A model generated the notes under the pieces. It was given only the letters and a program-made list of their open reading frames with translations, was not told the DNA's origin and made no database searches. Position numbers and translations under genes: made by a program. DNA of 64,000 bases from Candidatus Spyradenecus sp. GTDB lineage: Bacteria > Verrucomicrobiota > Verrucomicrobiia > Opitutales > UBA953. This document shows positions 21,255 to 30,302 of the stretch, piece by piece. Each line of letters begins with the position of its first letter. Within the stretch, counting starts at the first letter, position 1. Location of the stretch: positions 160,001 to 224,000 of the forward strand of contig JAZSKX010000017.1 in the NCBI GenBank assembly GCA_045535075.1, in the 5' to 3' direction.

Positions 21255-22418
21255 ATGATTTACGATTTCACTTATTTCAATCCCACGAAAATTTATTTCG
21301 GAAAAAACGCCCTCGCCAATTTGGACGGCGAACTGAAAAACTACGGCAAAAATATCCTCCTGCTTTACGGGAAAAACGCCATTAAGCAAATCGGGCTTTA
21401 CGACGAGATTCTCGCAACGTTGAACGCCTGCGGAAAAAACATCGTCGAGCTCGCTGGAATCAACGCAAACCCGCGCTACTCTCAAGTGCTGGAGGGCGCG
21501 CGCCTCGTTCGCGAAAACAAAATCGACCTGATTCTCGCCGTCGGCGGCGGGAGCGTCGTCGATTGCGCCAAAGCGATCTCCGTTTCCGCCTACGCCGAAG
21601 GCGATCCGTGGCAACGCTACTGGATTGATTTTGAGCCCGTAAACAATCCGATCGTTCCCGTCGGCACTGTTCTGACGATGGCGGGAACGGCATCCGAAAT
21701 GAACGGCGGCTCCGTTATCACGCACGAAGAAAAAATCATCAAAGCCGGGCGCGTGTTCCCGCCGGAAGTCAATCCGAAGTTCTCCGTTCTGAATCCGGAA
21801 TTTACTTATTCCGTGCCGAAACTTCAAATGGTGAGCGGGATTTTTGACATTTTTTCGCACCTGCTCGAACAGTATTTTTCGGGAACGGACGACAACACCA
21901 CCGATTACCTCATCGAAGGCGTGCTTGAATCGCTGATAAACAGTGCCCGTGTCGCCATCAAAAATCCAACGGATTACGAAGCCCGAAGCAATATCATGTG
22001 GTGCGCGACGCTCGCGCTCAACACCGTTACCGGGCTTTCAAAAACTCAGGACTGGGAAGTTCACATGATTGAACACCAGCTCGGTGCTTACACCGATTGT
22101 CCGCACGGCTTGGGCTTGGCGGTTATTTCCGTGCCGTATTATAAATTTATTTACAAATACGGACTTCCGAAATTTGTGCGCTTCGCCGAAAAGATTTGGA
22201 AAATCGAGTCCGACGGCAAGACGGACGAAGAAATCGCTCTCGCGGGAATTGACGCGCTCGCGGCGTTTATTCGCGAACTCGGGATCCCGTCTTCCCTGCG
22301 GGAACTCGGCGCAACCGAAGCCATGCTCCCGGAAATCGCCCGCACTACCGTCAAAGGCGGCGGCTACAAAAAACTTTCCGAATCCGACATCCTCGCCATC
22401 CTCCGCGCCTGCTACTAA
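21255..22418 (+). CDS. Iron-containing alcohol dehydrogenase (BdhA/YqhD-like)
   Basis: NPTKIYFG, AVGGGSVVD, HMIEHQL and PHGLGL motifs. Confidence 0.92.
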   Translation: MIYDFTYFNPTKIYFGKNALANLDGELKNYGKNILLLYGKNAIKQIGLYDEILATLNACGKNIVELAGINANPRYSQVLEGARLVRENKIDLILAVGGGSVVDCAKAISVSAYAEGDPWQRYWIDFEPVNNPIVPVGTVLTMAGTASEMNGGSVITHEEKIIKAGRVFPPEVNPKFSVLNPEFTYSVPKLQMVSGIFDIFSHLLEQYFSGTDDNTTDYLIEGVLESLINSARVAIKNPTDYEARSNIMWCATLALNTVTGLSKTQDWEVHMIEHQLGAYTDCPHGLGLAVISVPYYKFIYKYGLPKFVRFAEKIWKIESDGKTDEEIALAGIDALAAFIRELGIPSSLRELGATEAMLPEIARTTVKGGGYKKLSESDILAILRACY

Positions 22419-22440
22419 GCGCGGGAACGCGGTCCGAAGG

Positions 22441-22461
22441 AGAACAGGAGTCCCGCCTGTT
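22441..22461. repeat. REP-like palindrome (AACAGGCGGGACTCCTGTTCT on -)
   Basis: Short imperfect hairpin between convergent genes; resembles ACAGGCGGGACGCCTGT-type repeats I recall from PVC-group genomes; single copy in this window. Confidence 0.4.
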
Positions 22462-22519
22462 TTGTGCGAACTAAAACCCCGCAAACTACTCTAGAAAAGT
22501 TCGGGAACAACCCGAATTC

Positions 22520-23584
22520 CTATTTTTCAAAATGCCGACGACAGGCTTTTGCCTGCCGCACGTAATCATCCGCATACGCATCTGACTCTCCGTTGCCGAC
22601 AAAAGCCAATTCCTCAAAAATCTTTCGCTTGAAATTTTCAACAGCACATTGAATTCGTGCTACGTCACGATACGTTTGCGTTCCCGCCGCAATCGCGTCG
22701 GATACTTCACGAAAAAGTTTTCGCGACGGGACAAAGCGTCCGCAAATCGAAATTTCGTCCGTTGCCTGTTTTCCGGGATTCCATTCCAATTTCGGATAGC
22801 AAAGACCCGTTCGAAGATCTTTCTTCGTCTTTTTAATTTTCCGTTCGTGAGCAAGTTCCTCGCAATTTTCCTGCGTCAGCCCGCACAGGATAAACGCTCC
22901 TTTTTGCCGCCGGACACGCGGATTCGACATCCGGGGAGAAACTATCCAGTTGTGCCCCCACTCTTCGCGGATTTTCCTTTTCATGAACTCCACGTCTTCT
23001 CCGAAGTTATACCGTTCCTGCCGAACTTCGTGTCTTAAATGCCAAATATTGAAAGTTTCGTTCATACGGGCAACATTTGCAAGCGCCGAGACCAAATCGC
23101 TGTCGACAAACTTTTCGCGACTTGCGGGAACGCGAAAAACGACAATATTGGGACAAAAGAAAATCGAATTTCGCGGATCGCACGCATTTTTTACAACCTC
23201 GTTTGCTGACCATCCGTCCACCGCCATGAACCACGCCGTCGCCAAATCTGACGTTACATCGAGAATCCTTGTTGGGAACTCGTAGTGCTGCATTTGGCAA
23301 AGTTTGTCAAATGTCGTCGGGCAATTTTCAAAAAGCACGGGAACACGGTTCAAGACATCTTGAAAAATTTGCTTTTCCCGCTTGAAGAGCTTTTCCGAGC
23401 GAAAAATATTCGGAAGCGAATCCGGGAAAAATCCGCACTCCCCGCGAAAAAAGTAGCGCGCGTTCCCGTCGGCATCGGACGAAAACTCCCGGATTCCCGC
23501 ATCCAAGAGTTCCCCAAGCGAATCAAACGTCAATGCGCTCGCCGCACACGGCGGACGCCCCGCCAACCCAAATTCCGGAAACAT
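22520..23584 (-). CDS. FRG-domain protein
   Basis: FFRGE, PNIFR, MQHYEFPTRILDVT and NPRVRRQKGAF are FRG hallmarks. Confidence 0.9.
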   Translation of the reverse strand: MFPEFGLAGRPPCAASALTFDSLGELLDAGIREFSSDADGNARYFFRGECGFFPDSLPNIFRSEKLFKREKQIFQDVLNRVPVLFENCPTTFDKLCQMQHYEFPTRILDVTSDLATAWFMAVDGWSANEVVKNACDPRNSIFFCPNIVVFRVPASREKFVDSDLVSALANVARMNETFNIWHLRHEVRQERYNFGEDVEFMKRKIREEWGHNWIVSPRMSNPRVRRQKGAFILCGLTQENCEELAHERKIKKTKKDLRTGLCYPKLEWNPGKQATDEISICGRFVPSRKLFREVSDAIAAGTQTYRDVARIQCAVENFKRKIFEELAFVGNGESDAYADDYVRQAKACRRHFEK

Positions 23585-23609
23585 ACTCCCCTAATTTCTC
23601 TGCTTTTCG

Positions 23610-23978
23610 TTAAAACTGAACTTTAAACCCGACAACCGTAAAGTCTTTTCCAGATTTCTTTTCTAACTCGGGCTTATTCAGCTCCAGCTCTAACACCGCG
23701 CTAGAACAACGTTTATTTAGTAATTCCCAAGCAGAGCTACGCGGTTTTATTTTCAGTGTTAAGAACCCTTCTCGGTCCAACTTTGCAAAGATAAAGATCT
23801 CCGGATTTGCTACATTGAATGTAGGGTGAGCCCCTTCTTCCACTAAAATTCCAAATTCACACTCTAATCCGATTGTTACAGATTTCGGATAAATCCGAGT
23901 CGGTCTTACGATAAGTCTTTTACCTATCGAAGAATTTTCTCCTCCAATAATTTCGCATTCAAGTAGATAATTAGGCAT
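23610..23978 (-). CDS. Hypothetical protein
   Basis: 122-aa ATG ORF, AT-rich, co-oriented with the cluster. Confidence 0.6.
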   Translation of the reverse strand: MPNYLLECEIIGGENSSIGKRLIVRPTRIYPKSVTIGLECEFGILVEEGAHPTFNVANPEIFIFAKLDREGFLTLKIKPRSSAWELLNKRCSSAVLELELNKPELEKKSGKDFTVVGFKVQF

Positions 23979-24126
23979 GGCTTTACTTAAGTATTCGGTT
24001 GCTTACCGCCGCAGACGAACAGAACGCAGAATGTTTAGAAATTTCATTTTTGCGGCACAGTAGAATTTAGTCTTAATAGAAATAGAAAACTCTATTGCCT
24101 CCGATATTTCTGCGGAAGGTCTGTGT

Positions 24127-24657
24127 CTAATTTTTAGGATTTATTCCACTCGGATATTTTTCTGAATCGCCGTACAAATTCTGCCCCTTATCGCTGTCGA
24201 ACATGCAATAGCACAAAAGAGACATGATATTTACCCAAGGAAGAAAAAACGTCGCAATTGAAGAAGGTGTATCTACGCCTAAGTCATGCCCCCTACGTAC
24301 CCAAAGCGACAAGAACGGTGGCACGGTGAGTAATAGCCATATGAAATAGATAAAGACTCCAACGAGATTTATTGAGACACAGGTTCCTCCGAGTCCCAAA
24401 GCGTATAAACCTCCTAATTCTTCTGGAGATAACCTCCTTGTATTCACTATCCCTAAAACAAAGTTCCCTAAAAAAGCGGAAGTAAGCACCCACAGTACCA
24501 ATAGCGGAATCACATAATTGAACTCCCCGCGTGTTGCCCTTCCGGAGAATTTTAAATACCCTTTCAGAAAGCACGAAATTGCTTTCTGAAAGGTAACGTT
24601 TTTCTTCTGAATATTGTGTTTGATTTGGGTATTCATGTAATTAACGAACTCTTCCAA
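24127..24657 (-). CDS. DUF805 (YhaH-like) membrane protein
   Basis: FSGRATRGEF, VRRGHDLG and NLYG motifs; true start may be about 20 nt downstream. Confidence 0.85.
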   Translation of the reverse strand: MEEFVNYMNTQIKHNIQKKNVTFQKAISCFLKGYLKFSGRATRGEFNYVIPLLVLWVLTSAFLGNFVLGIVNTRRLSPEELGGLYALGLGGTCVSINLVGVFIYFIWLLLTVPPFLSLWVRRGHDLGVDTPSSIATFFLPWVNIMSLLCYCMFDSDKGQNLYGDSEKYPSGINPKN

Positions 24658-25042
24658 CGAGGATTATTTGCCCGAGCTTTCCATGGAAATTGTAAACGGA
24701 CTTCCACTTGATTTCTTCTCCGGGGCGAGTCGTCGACGTTGACCGCAGGCGAAATTCATGTCCTGCGTTGTCGTCAGGGCTTATAACAGCCACGACCTCA
24801 AGCCATGTTGAATCTCCCGTGTTTTTGATGACGAAATCATCCTTTCCGAAAGTGCTTTCATAAATTGTAGCCTCGTAGTCTGATGGGGAAATAATTTCCC
24901 AGTCGTCTTCGTCATCAAACGAGTAAACGTTAGAATGTGCGTTTTTCTCGAATGCTATTGGCAAATTACTTTCTTTGGCGAAAGCCAAAGAGGCGACTCC
25001 GGAAAGTACCAAGAGCAGTAGTATGTTTTTTGAGTTTTTCAT
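24641..25042 (-). CDS. Hypothetical secreted protein
   Basis: Signal peptide ending AFA-K; beta-rich acidic domain. Confidence 0.7.
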   Translation of the reverse strand: MKNSKNILLLLVLSGVASLAFAKESNLPIAFEKNAHSNVYSFDDEDDWEIISPSDYEATIYESTFGKDDFVIKNTGDSTWLEVVAVISPDDNAGHEFRLRSTSTTRPGEEIKWKSVYNFHGKLGQIILVGRVR

Positions 25043-25060
25043 TTTGGTTGGTTTTGAGGG

Positions 25061-25684
25061 TTAATGTGAAAAGGCGATGAGGATTTTAAGCCCAACTAAA
25101 ATGGCAGTAACAATCAGTCCGACTATTGTCCAAATTGCTCCGGACGAAACTTCCGGCGTAACAACTTCTTCCTCGGAGGATTCGGCATCTCGGAGCAATT
25201 CTTTTGCTTCATCGCTACCCTCCGCGGCAGCTTTTTTCAGCCAGTAAATGTACTTGGTTTCATCTGCTTCCCCTATAATTCCGTTATGGTAAAAGTCTGC
25301 CGTGCGTAGCATACAGAGAACATTTCCGTTTTCTGCGCCAGTCTCGTATATCGACAAGGCACATCCTGCCATTTCTCGAAAGGAAGAACAGGCTTCTTCT
25401 TTACTTTTTCCGTTAGGGCTAGCCTCCCACTCTTTGTATTGGTTAATAGCAAAGATTTCCAAAATTTTTCCAAGTAAATCTGCTTTTTTAAAATTTTTAC
25501 GTTTATGTAATTCTTTTAGTGCAGAAAGAAGTGCTTGAGAATCACTTTCCTGTATTTCACCCGCCTGTCTTGCTTCACAAATTCTATCAACTTCAGTCTC
25601 AATATCTTCGTCAGAAATCGGAGATCCGCAACACGAGCATTTTTCAAAAGAGGTTGAGTCTCCTCCGCAATAAGAACATTTCAT
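25061..25684 (-). CDS. Zinc-ribbon + Sel1-like repeat protein with C-terminal TM
   Basis: MKCSYCG...KCSCCG; YWLKKAAAEGSDEAK Sel1-like repeat; C-terminal hydrophobic helix. Confidence 0.8.
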   Translation of the reverse strand: MKCSYCGGDSTSFEKCSCCGSPISDEDIETEVDRICEARQAGEIQESDSQALLSALKELHKRKNFKKADLLGKILEIFAINQYKEWEASPNGKSKEEACSSFREMAGCALSIYETGAENGNVLCMLRTADFYHNGIIGEADETKYIYWLKKAAAEGSDEAKELLRDAESSEEEVVTPEVSSGAIWTIVGLIVTAILVGLKILIAFSH

Positions 25685-25689
25685 AAGTT

Positions 25690-26292
25690 TTATCCGTTAA
25701 TTGTGTTAATCATTGAAAATAGCTCCCGCATTGCCGTTACACCCTTTCGGCTTGGCGACAAAATGTTCAAACACGGACTCTTATCGAAACGAATCCACCC
25801 ACGGAGTTTCCCGTCAATGTAAAATTCGTCACCGAAATAAGAACCGTCATAAGAGGAAGCTTCTTCGCCGATGAAGAAATAATGATTTTTTATCGATACG
25901 CTTCCCGAAAGTTGTTCCCCCGATCCCAAAAACGTTCCTCCGAATCCTTTTTTTTGCGCGACATAGTGCACGCGAGTTTTTGTAATAAGGATTCCCGTGT
26001 ATCCCGAAAAAAAGGGCGATTCGGCGTTAACCAATACGAGCGCTTCTTCGTCTTTTGATAATTCTTCGTAGCGGGAAAGAGCATCTTGAGGGATGTTTTT
26101 TCCGACAAAGATGTTTTTTATCACTCCTTGGGTCGAAAAGTACTCCTGTATTTTGGACACAAGCAATTCATTTGCCCTACTTACAGAGGTCACATTTTCG
26201 GGAATAACTTGTCTTTCTATTTTGCCGCCGCACACGGGGCAAAACTTTGCATTTATATCGGTGATTTCACTTTTGCAAAATTCGCATTTCAT
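25690..26292 (-). CDS. Zinc-ribbon domain protein
   Basis: MKCEFC...KFCPVCG; RBS AGAAAGGA precedes the ATG at 26292. Confidence 0.8.
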   Translation of the reverse strand: MKCEFCKSEITDINAKFCPVCGGKIERQVIPENVTSVSRANELLVSKIQEYFSTQGVIKNIFVGKNIPQDALSRYEELSKDEEALVLVNAESPFFSGYTGILITKTRVHYVAQKKGFGGTFLGSGEQLSGSVSIKNHYFFIGEEASSYDGSYFGDEFYIDGKLRGWIRFDKSPCLNILSPSRKGVTAMRELFSMINTING

Positions 26293-26385
26293 ATTTGTAT
26301 CCTTTCTAAATCTACGGAATTCGCTATGCAGACTCGGCAATAGTGCCGATGAAGATTAATATAACGGCGGCATAGAGAATCACAT

Positions 26386-26760
26386 TCAACACACGCAGAA
26401 ACGAACGCCAAATCCCGGACCTTCATGCGCGGCGCCAAGCAGAAAAATGACACCAAGCCCGGGAAGAACTCCACAACAGAAGCCGATAATGCACCACACG
26501 ACTCCGCCAATCCATGAAAAGACGGACAATCCTTCCTTTGAATCGGTTTTAGCAAATTCAGCGAGTTCAGCCTCAACACGTTCGTTGATTTTTGCTTCCA
26601 ATTCTTCTTCGGATATTTGGTGCCCATCGCACTCCTCAATATTTTCGTTTGCCTCATCCCCTTCGTACTCTTCAACCGTTGGACGAGGAATTGGAGAATC
26701 ACAATAAGGACAGCGTTCCTCATTTTCAGAAACGGTTGCTCCACAACTTTTACAATTCAT
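26386..26760 (-). CDS. Zinc-ribbon protein with C-terminal TM hairpin
   Basis: MNCKSCG...RCPYCD, acidic linker, hydrophobic C-terminus. Confidence 0.78.
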   Translation of the reverse strand: MNCKSCGATVSENEERCPYCDSPIPRPTVEEYEGDEANENIEECDGHQISEEELEAKINERVEAELAEFAKTDSKEGLSVFSWIGGVVWCIIGFCCGVLPGLGVIFLLGAAHEGPGFGVRFCVC

Positions 26761-26780
26761 ATTATTTGGGAGAATAGAGA

Positions 26781-27488
26781 TTAGCGGTTTTGTTTAATGA
26801 AGCGTTCCCGTCGCTCGGCAATCGAACGAATCTCGGTTATTGCCAAAAGTATTTCAGCCATATCGGGAAGAGTGTCCGAAGTCATCTTCGCCTTCAGTGC
26901 CGAAATCCGTCCTTCGAGCTCGACATCAATACTTTCACTTGCGGGAATGCTTTCCTGAAAATACTCAAAATCGTCGGCAAGTGCTCCGCCCGCTTTTATG
27001 ATTTCCGGCGAAAACCCTTTTGCGGAAATCAACTCGTTTAGCGACCGAAAATCCTCGCGCAGGGAAAACACTCTCCGACGCCCCCGCTCATAATCTTTTC
27101 GCGCGCCAACGTTCGCGGCTGTCAGCAATCCGAAAGCAAAAAATGCAACTACGAAAAGTGCGCACGCATGAATTATCACAACGGGAGCACGATTTTCAAA
27201 AATCGTTGCCGAAAACAGCACACAAGTCAGTGCAACTAAAATCCACAATCCGAGCGTCCACGGAAACGCCATCGCATAAGGCGCATTTTTTTGCGATGTT
27301 ATCGCAACACTTCCGCAAATCGTAATGCCGCTCAAGATGACGGAAAAAATCAATGCCCATACAGAAAACGATGTCGCGGACAAATGCTCTACGGCAATGT
27401 AATCTGCAACGAGAAAATTCCAAATTCCCCAAATAATTCCTGCTAAAAAGACAGCAAGGGCGGAAATTGTGCAGTAAAACATCTTCAT
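26781..27488 (-). CDS. Four-TM membrane protein with C-terminal helical domain
   Basis: ATG at 27488 preceded by AGAAAGGA; follows the stop codon of the split SPFH gene. Confidence 0.8.
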   Translation of the reverse strand: MKMFYCTISALAVFLAGIIWGIWNFLVADYIAVEHLSATSFSVWALIFSVILSGITICGSVAITSQKNAPYAMAFPWTLGLWILVALTCVLFSATIFENRAPVVIIHACALFVVAFFAFGLLTAANVGARKDYERGRRRVFSLREDFRSLNELISAKGFSPEIIKAGGALADDFEYFQESIPASESIDVELEGRISALKAKMTSDTLPDMAEILLAITEIRSIAERRERFIKQNR

Positions 27489-27508
27489 TTTGAAAATATC
27501 CTTTCTAT

Positions 27509-27553
27509 TTACTGAATTTTTTCGCCACATTCGGAACAAAACTTGGAGTCCGT
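27509..27553 (-). pseudogene. Detached 3' end of the SPFH/zinc-ribbon gene
   Basis: Reads TDSKFCSECGEKIQ*, which completes the last zinc ribbon of the gene at 60393-61508 in frame once the prophage is removed. Confidence 0.9.
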
Positions 27554-27568
27554 TGATTTATCTAAAAA

Positions 27569-27705
27569 GGGTTGAGAAATGAGGAATAGCGTGGATTAGG
27601 CTTGAATAGCTTTTATTTGTGCGGGTTTGGAGAGTGCGGGGCAGGGAAGGGGAGTTTGAGAAATTTTCGTCCGTTTCTGTTAAATGTCGCAGAGGTTTGA
27701 GAAAT
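27569..27705 (+). repeat. Left-end transposase-binding repeats L1 (27569-27580), L2 (27653-27664), L3 (27694-27705)
   Basis: TTGAGAAAT core three times; 27685-27705 is a perfect 21-bp inverted copy of 60349-60369. Confidence 0.85.
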
Positions 27706-27724
27706 TTCGGGTAAACTTTGCAGG

Positions 27725-27934
27725 ATGAAAAACTCCAATAAAGCTGGGAATGAAATGTACTTCCCGATGACGGCTTCGCTTTGGCGAAGGTTGGTTAAAG
27801 ACGCAGGTCACGACGCGAAAAAACTCTGTATCGTGGCCTGTGCTTTATGCACAGAGCTCGAATATCGCGAAGCCATTTGTCGCGCTCGCAGGTGTTCCGT
27901 CCCGTACTTAATTGACGTCCGGATTCTCGGATAA
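27725..27934 (+). CDS. Hypothetical prophage left-end protein
   Basis: 69-aa ATG ORF in an otherwise empty gap, ending at a terminator hairpin. Confidence 0.45.
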   Translation: MKNSNKAGNEMYFPMTASLWRRLVKDAGHDAKKLCIVACALCTELEYREAICRARRCSVPYLIDVRILG

Positions 27935-27969
27935 AAAAACGCCCGCCGGAGATGTTTTCTCGGTGGGCG
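27933..27969 (-). terminator. Terminator of the prophage early operon
   Basis: CGCCCGCCGGAGA/TTCTCGGTGGGCG stem with an A7 run on + (U-tail on -). Confidence 0.65.
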
Positions 27970-27973
27970 CCCT

Positions 27974-28573
27974 TCAGTTGTTTCGGCTTGGGTGGCGTGT
28001 TTCCCATTTTCGTTTTGTATCGTATTTTTGTGCATCTTTTGGCGCGCAATATCGCCGGTTCCGACACGTGAAAACGAGGCACCACAACTGCTTAATGCTG
28101 GCGTTTTTGATTTCGCATCGGAATTGATCGAGGCAAATGTGTTCAGGATATTCGGGGAAGCTTAATCCTCGTTCGCGGCATGATTTTTCTAAGATGGCCA
28201 TGACGGTTGCATATTCTGCCGCCTGTGCTTTCATGAAGATTTCGCACCCTCGTTCCGGATTGTATATGCCAACGAAGTGTGCAAGCACGAACGGATAATC
28301 CTTTTGAGTTAGTTTTTTGAACGAATTTGGCGGCATTTCCCCGTGCTTGCAACGCCCTCGCATTACGTTTGCAATCTCTCTGCGCCGCCAATATTCCGCC
28401 AGTTTTGTCTTTGTGATCATGTGAGGTCCGGCAAACGGGTCGTCTTCGTCGTGCGGAGTCTGATCCCACAAAAAATCCCGCAGAGAATTAAGCTCGTCTG
28501 CGGGAACGGAGGCAAAGGCTTTGCTTGCCTCTGCCCCCAAGGTTTGGAGTTGTTTCGGAGAAAGACAGCTCAT
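27974..28573 (-). CDS. Phage early protein, possibly GemA/gp16-like
   Basis: Position after gam; SFKKLT and ASIKQLWCLV helical segments resemble GemA. Confidence 0.45.
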   Translation of the reverse strand: MSCLSPKQLQTLGAEASKAFASVPADELNSLRDFLWDQTPHDEDDPFAGPHMITKTKLAEYWRRREIANVMRGRCKHGEMPPNSFKKLTQKDYPFVLAHFVGIYNPERGCEIFMKAQAAEYATVMAILEKSCRERGLSFPEYPEHICLDQFRCEIKNASIKQLWCLVFTCRNRRYCAPKDAQKYDTKRKWETRHPSRNN

Positions 28574-29097
28574 CGCGAAGCCTCGTCTTTGGGAGTTTCT
28601 TCGAGTTTGGGTTCGATGTAGAACTTTTCGTTTTGGCGAATCTCAAGCCCTACTTCGCGTAGCCATTCCGGCGAGATTTCTTTACGTCGAAACGCGGACA
28701 GAATTGCCTCCTTTGAAACGGATTCTTTCGTTGCGACAAAGCGCACTTCCCCGCGAGATTGAATTACTTTCAGGGAGCGTCCGAGCGTCCATCCGCCGAT
28801 GGTTGCTACGGTCGGTGTTCCTGTTCGGTGACCGATTACTCCGCATGGAAAATCGACGGATTTTTTGTCTGCCGGAAATTCGTCCGGATTGTCCATTGCC
28901 CAACCTTCGATGAGTTTGGCGTGCGTTTTGGCCTTTTGCTTCAGGATCTCAATCCGAGACTCGAACTTTTCTTTGATTGCGATGAGTTCTTTATTCATCT
29001 CGGCGTCGAGCGCGTTGATTTGGTTTTGAGTTTCTGCATACTTACGCACCTCTTCGGCGCATTGGTTGCGTGTGATTTTTACATGTGTTGTAGCCAT
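28570..29097 (-). CDS. Mu Gam-like host-nuclease inhibitor
   Basis: N-terminal coiled coil, KKSVDFPCGVIGHRTG, KESVSKEAI and GLEIRQNEKFYIEP. Confidence 0.9.
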   Translation of the reverse strand: MATTHVKITRNQCAEEVRKYAETQNQINALDAEMNKELIAIKEKFESRIEILKQKAKTHAKLIEGWAMDNPDEFPADKKSVDFPCGVIGHRTGTPTVATIGGWTLGRSLKVIQSRGEVRFVATKESVSKEAILSAFRRKEISPEWLREVGLEIRQNEKFYIEPKLEETPKDEASR

Positions 29098-29101
29098 GAT
29101 T

Positions 29102-29263
29102 TTAGTTGTTTAAGAAGAAATGTTCGATAATCCAAAGCACTCCGAGAAACGGTAGTGCGAGCAAGACGGGAATCAGAACGGTGAGGAGGGCCAAGAGCAG
29201 GCACGAGGTTGCCGGGACACGTACAGTCACGTTCGTTCTTTTCGGCTTAATTTCAGATATCAT
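29102..29263 (-). CDS. Small phage membrane protein
   Basis: 53-aa ORF with a long hydrophobic helix; start overlaps the MuB stop. Confidence 0.55.
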   Translation of the reverse strand: MISEIKPKRTNVTVRVPATSCLLLALLTVLIPVLLALPFLGVLWIIEHFFLNN

Positions 29264-30273
29264 TGCTTCAGCCTTTCGCGTTCGGACTTTGCGAGGAGCA
29301 CATGATCCCACGTCATTGCTACACCTTTTTTGGTCGCAATTCCTGCCGCCATACGCAAAACGGTCAACCATACTCCGAGGCGGTCTTTATCGATGACTTC
29401 CTTTTGGGCTGCTTTTGCTTCTCCCTCTGCCGGAGGCAGACCGTACGCCGCCGCGAATCGTGCCAAGTCTGCCTCTGTCGGTACTTTGGGCGCGGTGTAT
29501 GCGTAAAGCTCTCGGCGCATTGTCTGCGACATTACTCCGGCAAATTCGCGATCCCGTAGTAGCTCCCGTCGAAAGATCTCCGTTGCCACGAGCGTTACGC
29601 CACATTGCGTTGTGTCGTAAATTTCCCGGATAAACTCGAAAATCTTTGCGTGAGTCACGTTGATTCGCGTTTCGGTCATGATTGCTTGGTGTGCTTCATC
29701 CACGATGAGGACGTCGTTCCGGCGCAACTTCTCCAAAATGAACTCACGGCGGTCAAAGTGGCTCATTGTGCGCGGCGCTCCGAGCTGTCGGCTTAGCCGA
29801 TGTACAAAGCTCCGGAGCGTTGGCGAACTTGGCATGCGCACAAGCACCGTTGTCTCCTTGTTTTCCCGTGCATACGCTTCGAGCGCTGTAGTTTTTCCGA
29901 TTTGACTTTCGCCGAAGACAAACGTGATTCGGTTGTATCGTCGCGCACGTTCCACGGCGGACCAAATCTTTTTGGAAAGCGCAGTTTCCACATAAGCGAG
30001 CGGTTCAGTGCCTTCGCGTTCTCGAGAGATTTCAAGAAAGCGCTTGGCACGGGCGCAGAATTTATCCTTGCCGGCGTTGTGCGTTCCGGAGAAAACCTTA
30101 TGCACGGTTGTTGCGTCCATGCCGATCCCCTCGGCAACTTCGTCGAGTGAGAGGTGTTTTTCCTGTGCAAAATCGTAAAGCGCAAGAATCGTTTCCCGAT
30201 GCGGGACGGGTAGGTCTCGTACGGCGTCCGTGACCTTCCCGCGTTCAATTTTGATGATGTTGGTTTCGTCCAT
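29260..30273 (-). CDS. MuB-like transposition AAA+ ATPase
   Basis: N-terminal HTH, Walker A GESQIGKT, Walker B LIVDEAH; follows the transposase. Confidence 0.92.
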   Translation of the reverse strand: MDETNIIKIERGKVTDAVRDLPVPHRETILALYDFAQEKHLSLDEVAEGIGMDATTVHKVFSGTHNAGKDKFCARAKRFLEISREREGTEPLAYVETALSKKIWSAVERARRYNRITFVFGESQIGKTTALEAYARENKETTVLVRMPSSPTLRSFVHRLSRQLGAPRTMSHFDRREFILEKLRRNDVLIVDEAHQAIMTETRINVTHAKIFEFIREIYDTTQCGVTLVATEIFRRELLRDREFAGVMSQTMRRELYAYTAPKVPTEADLARFAAAYGLPPAEGEAKAAQKEVIDKDRLGVWLTVLRMAAGIATKKGVAMTWDHVLLAKSERERLKQ

Positions 30274-30302
30274 AATGTTTGTTTTTGTAGGTTTAGAAAT
30301 GA

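Noticed and set aside
27550..27556. Canonical 5-bp (CCGTT) or 7-bp (CCGTTGA) target duplication
   Set aside because: Either reading removes the terminal TG and breaks the symmetric 19-27 position of the first end repeat; disfavoured but not formally excluded
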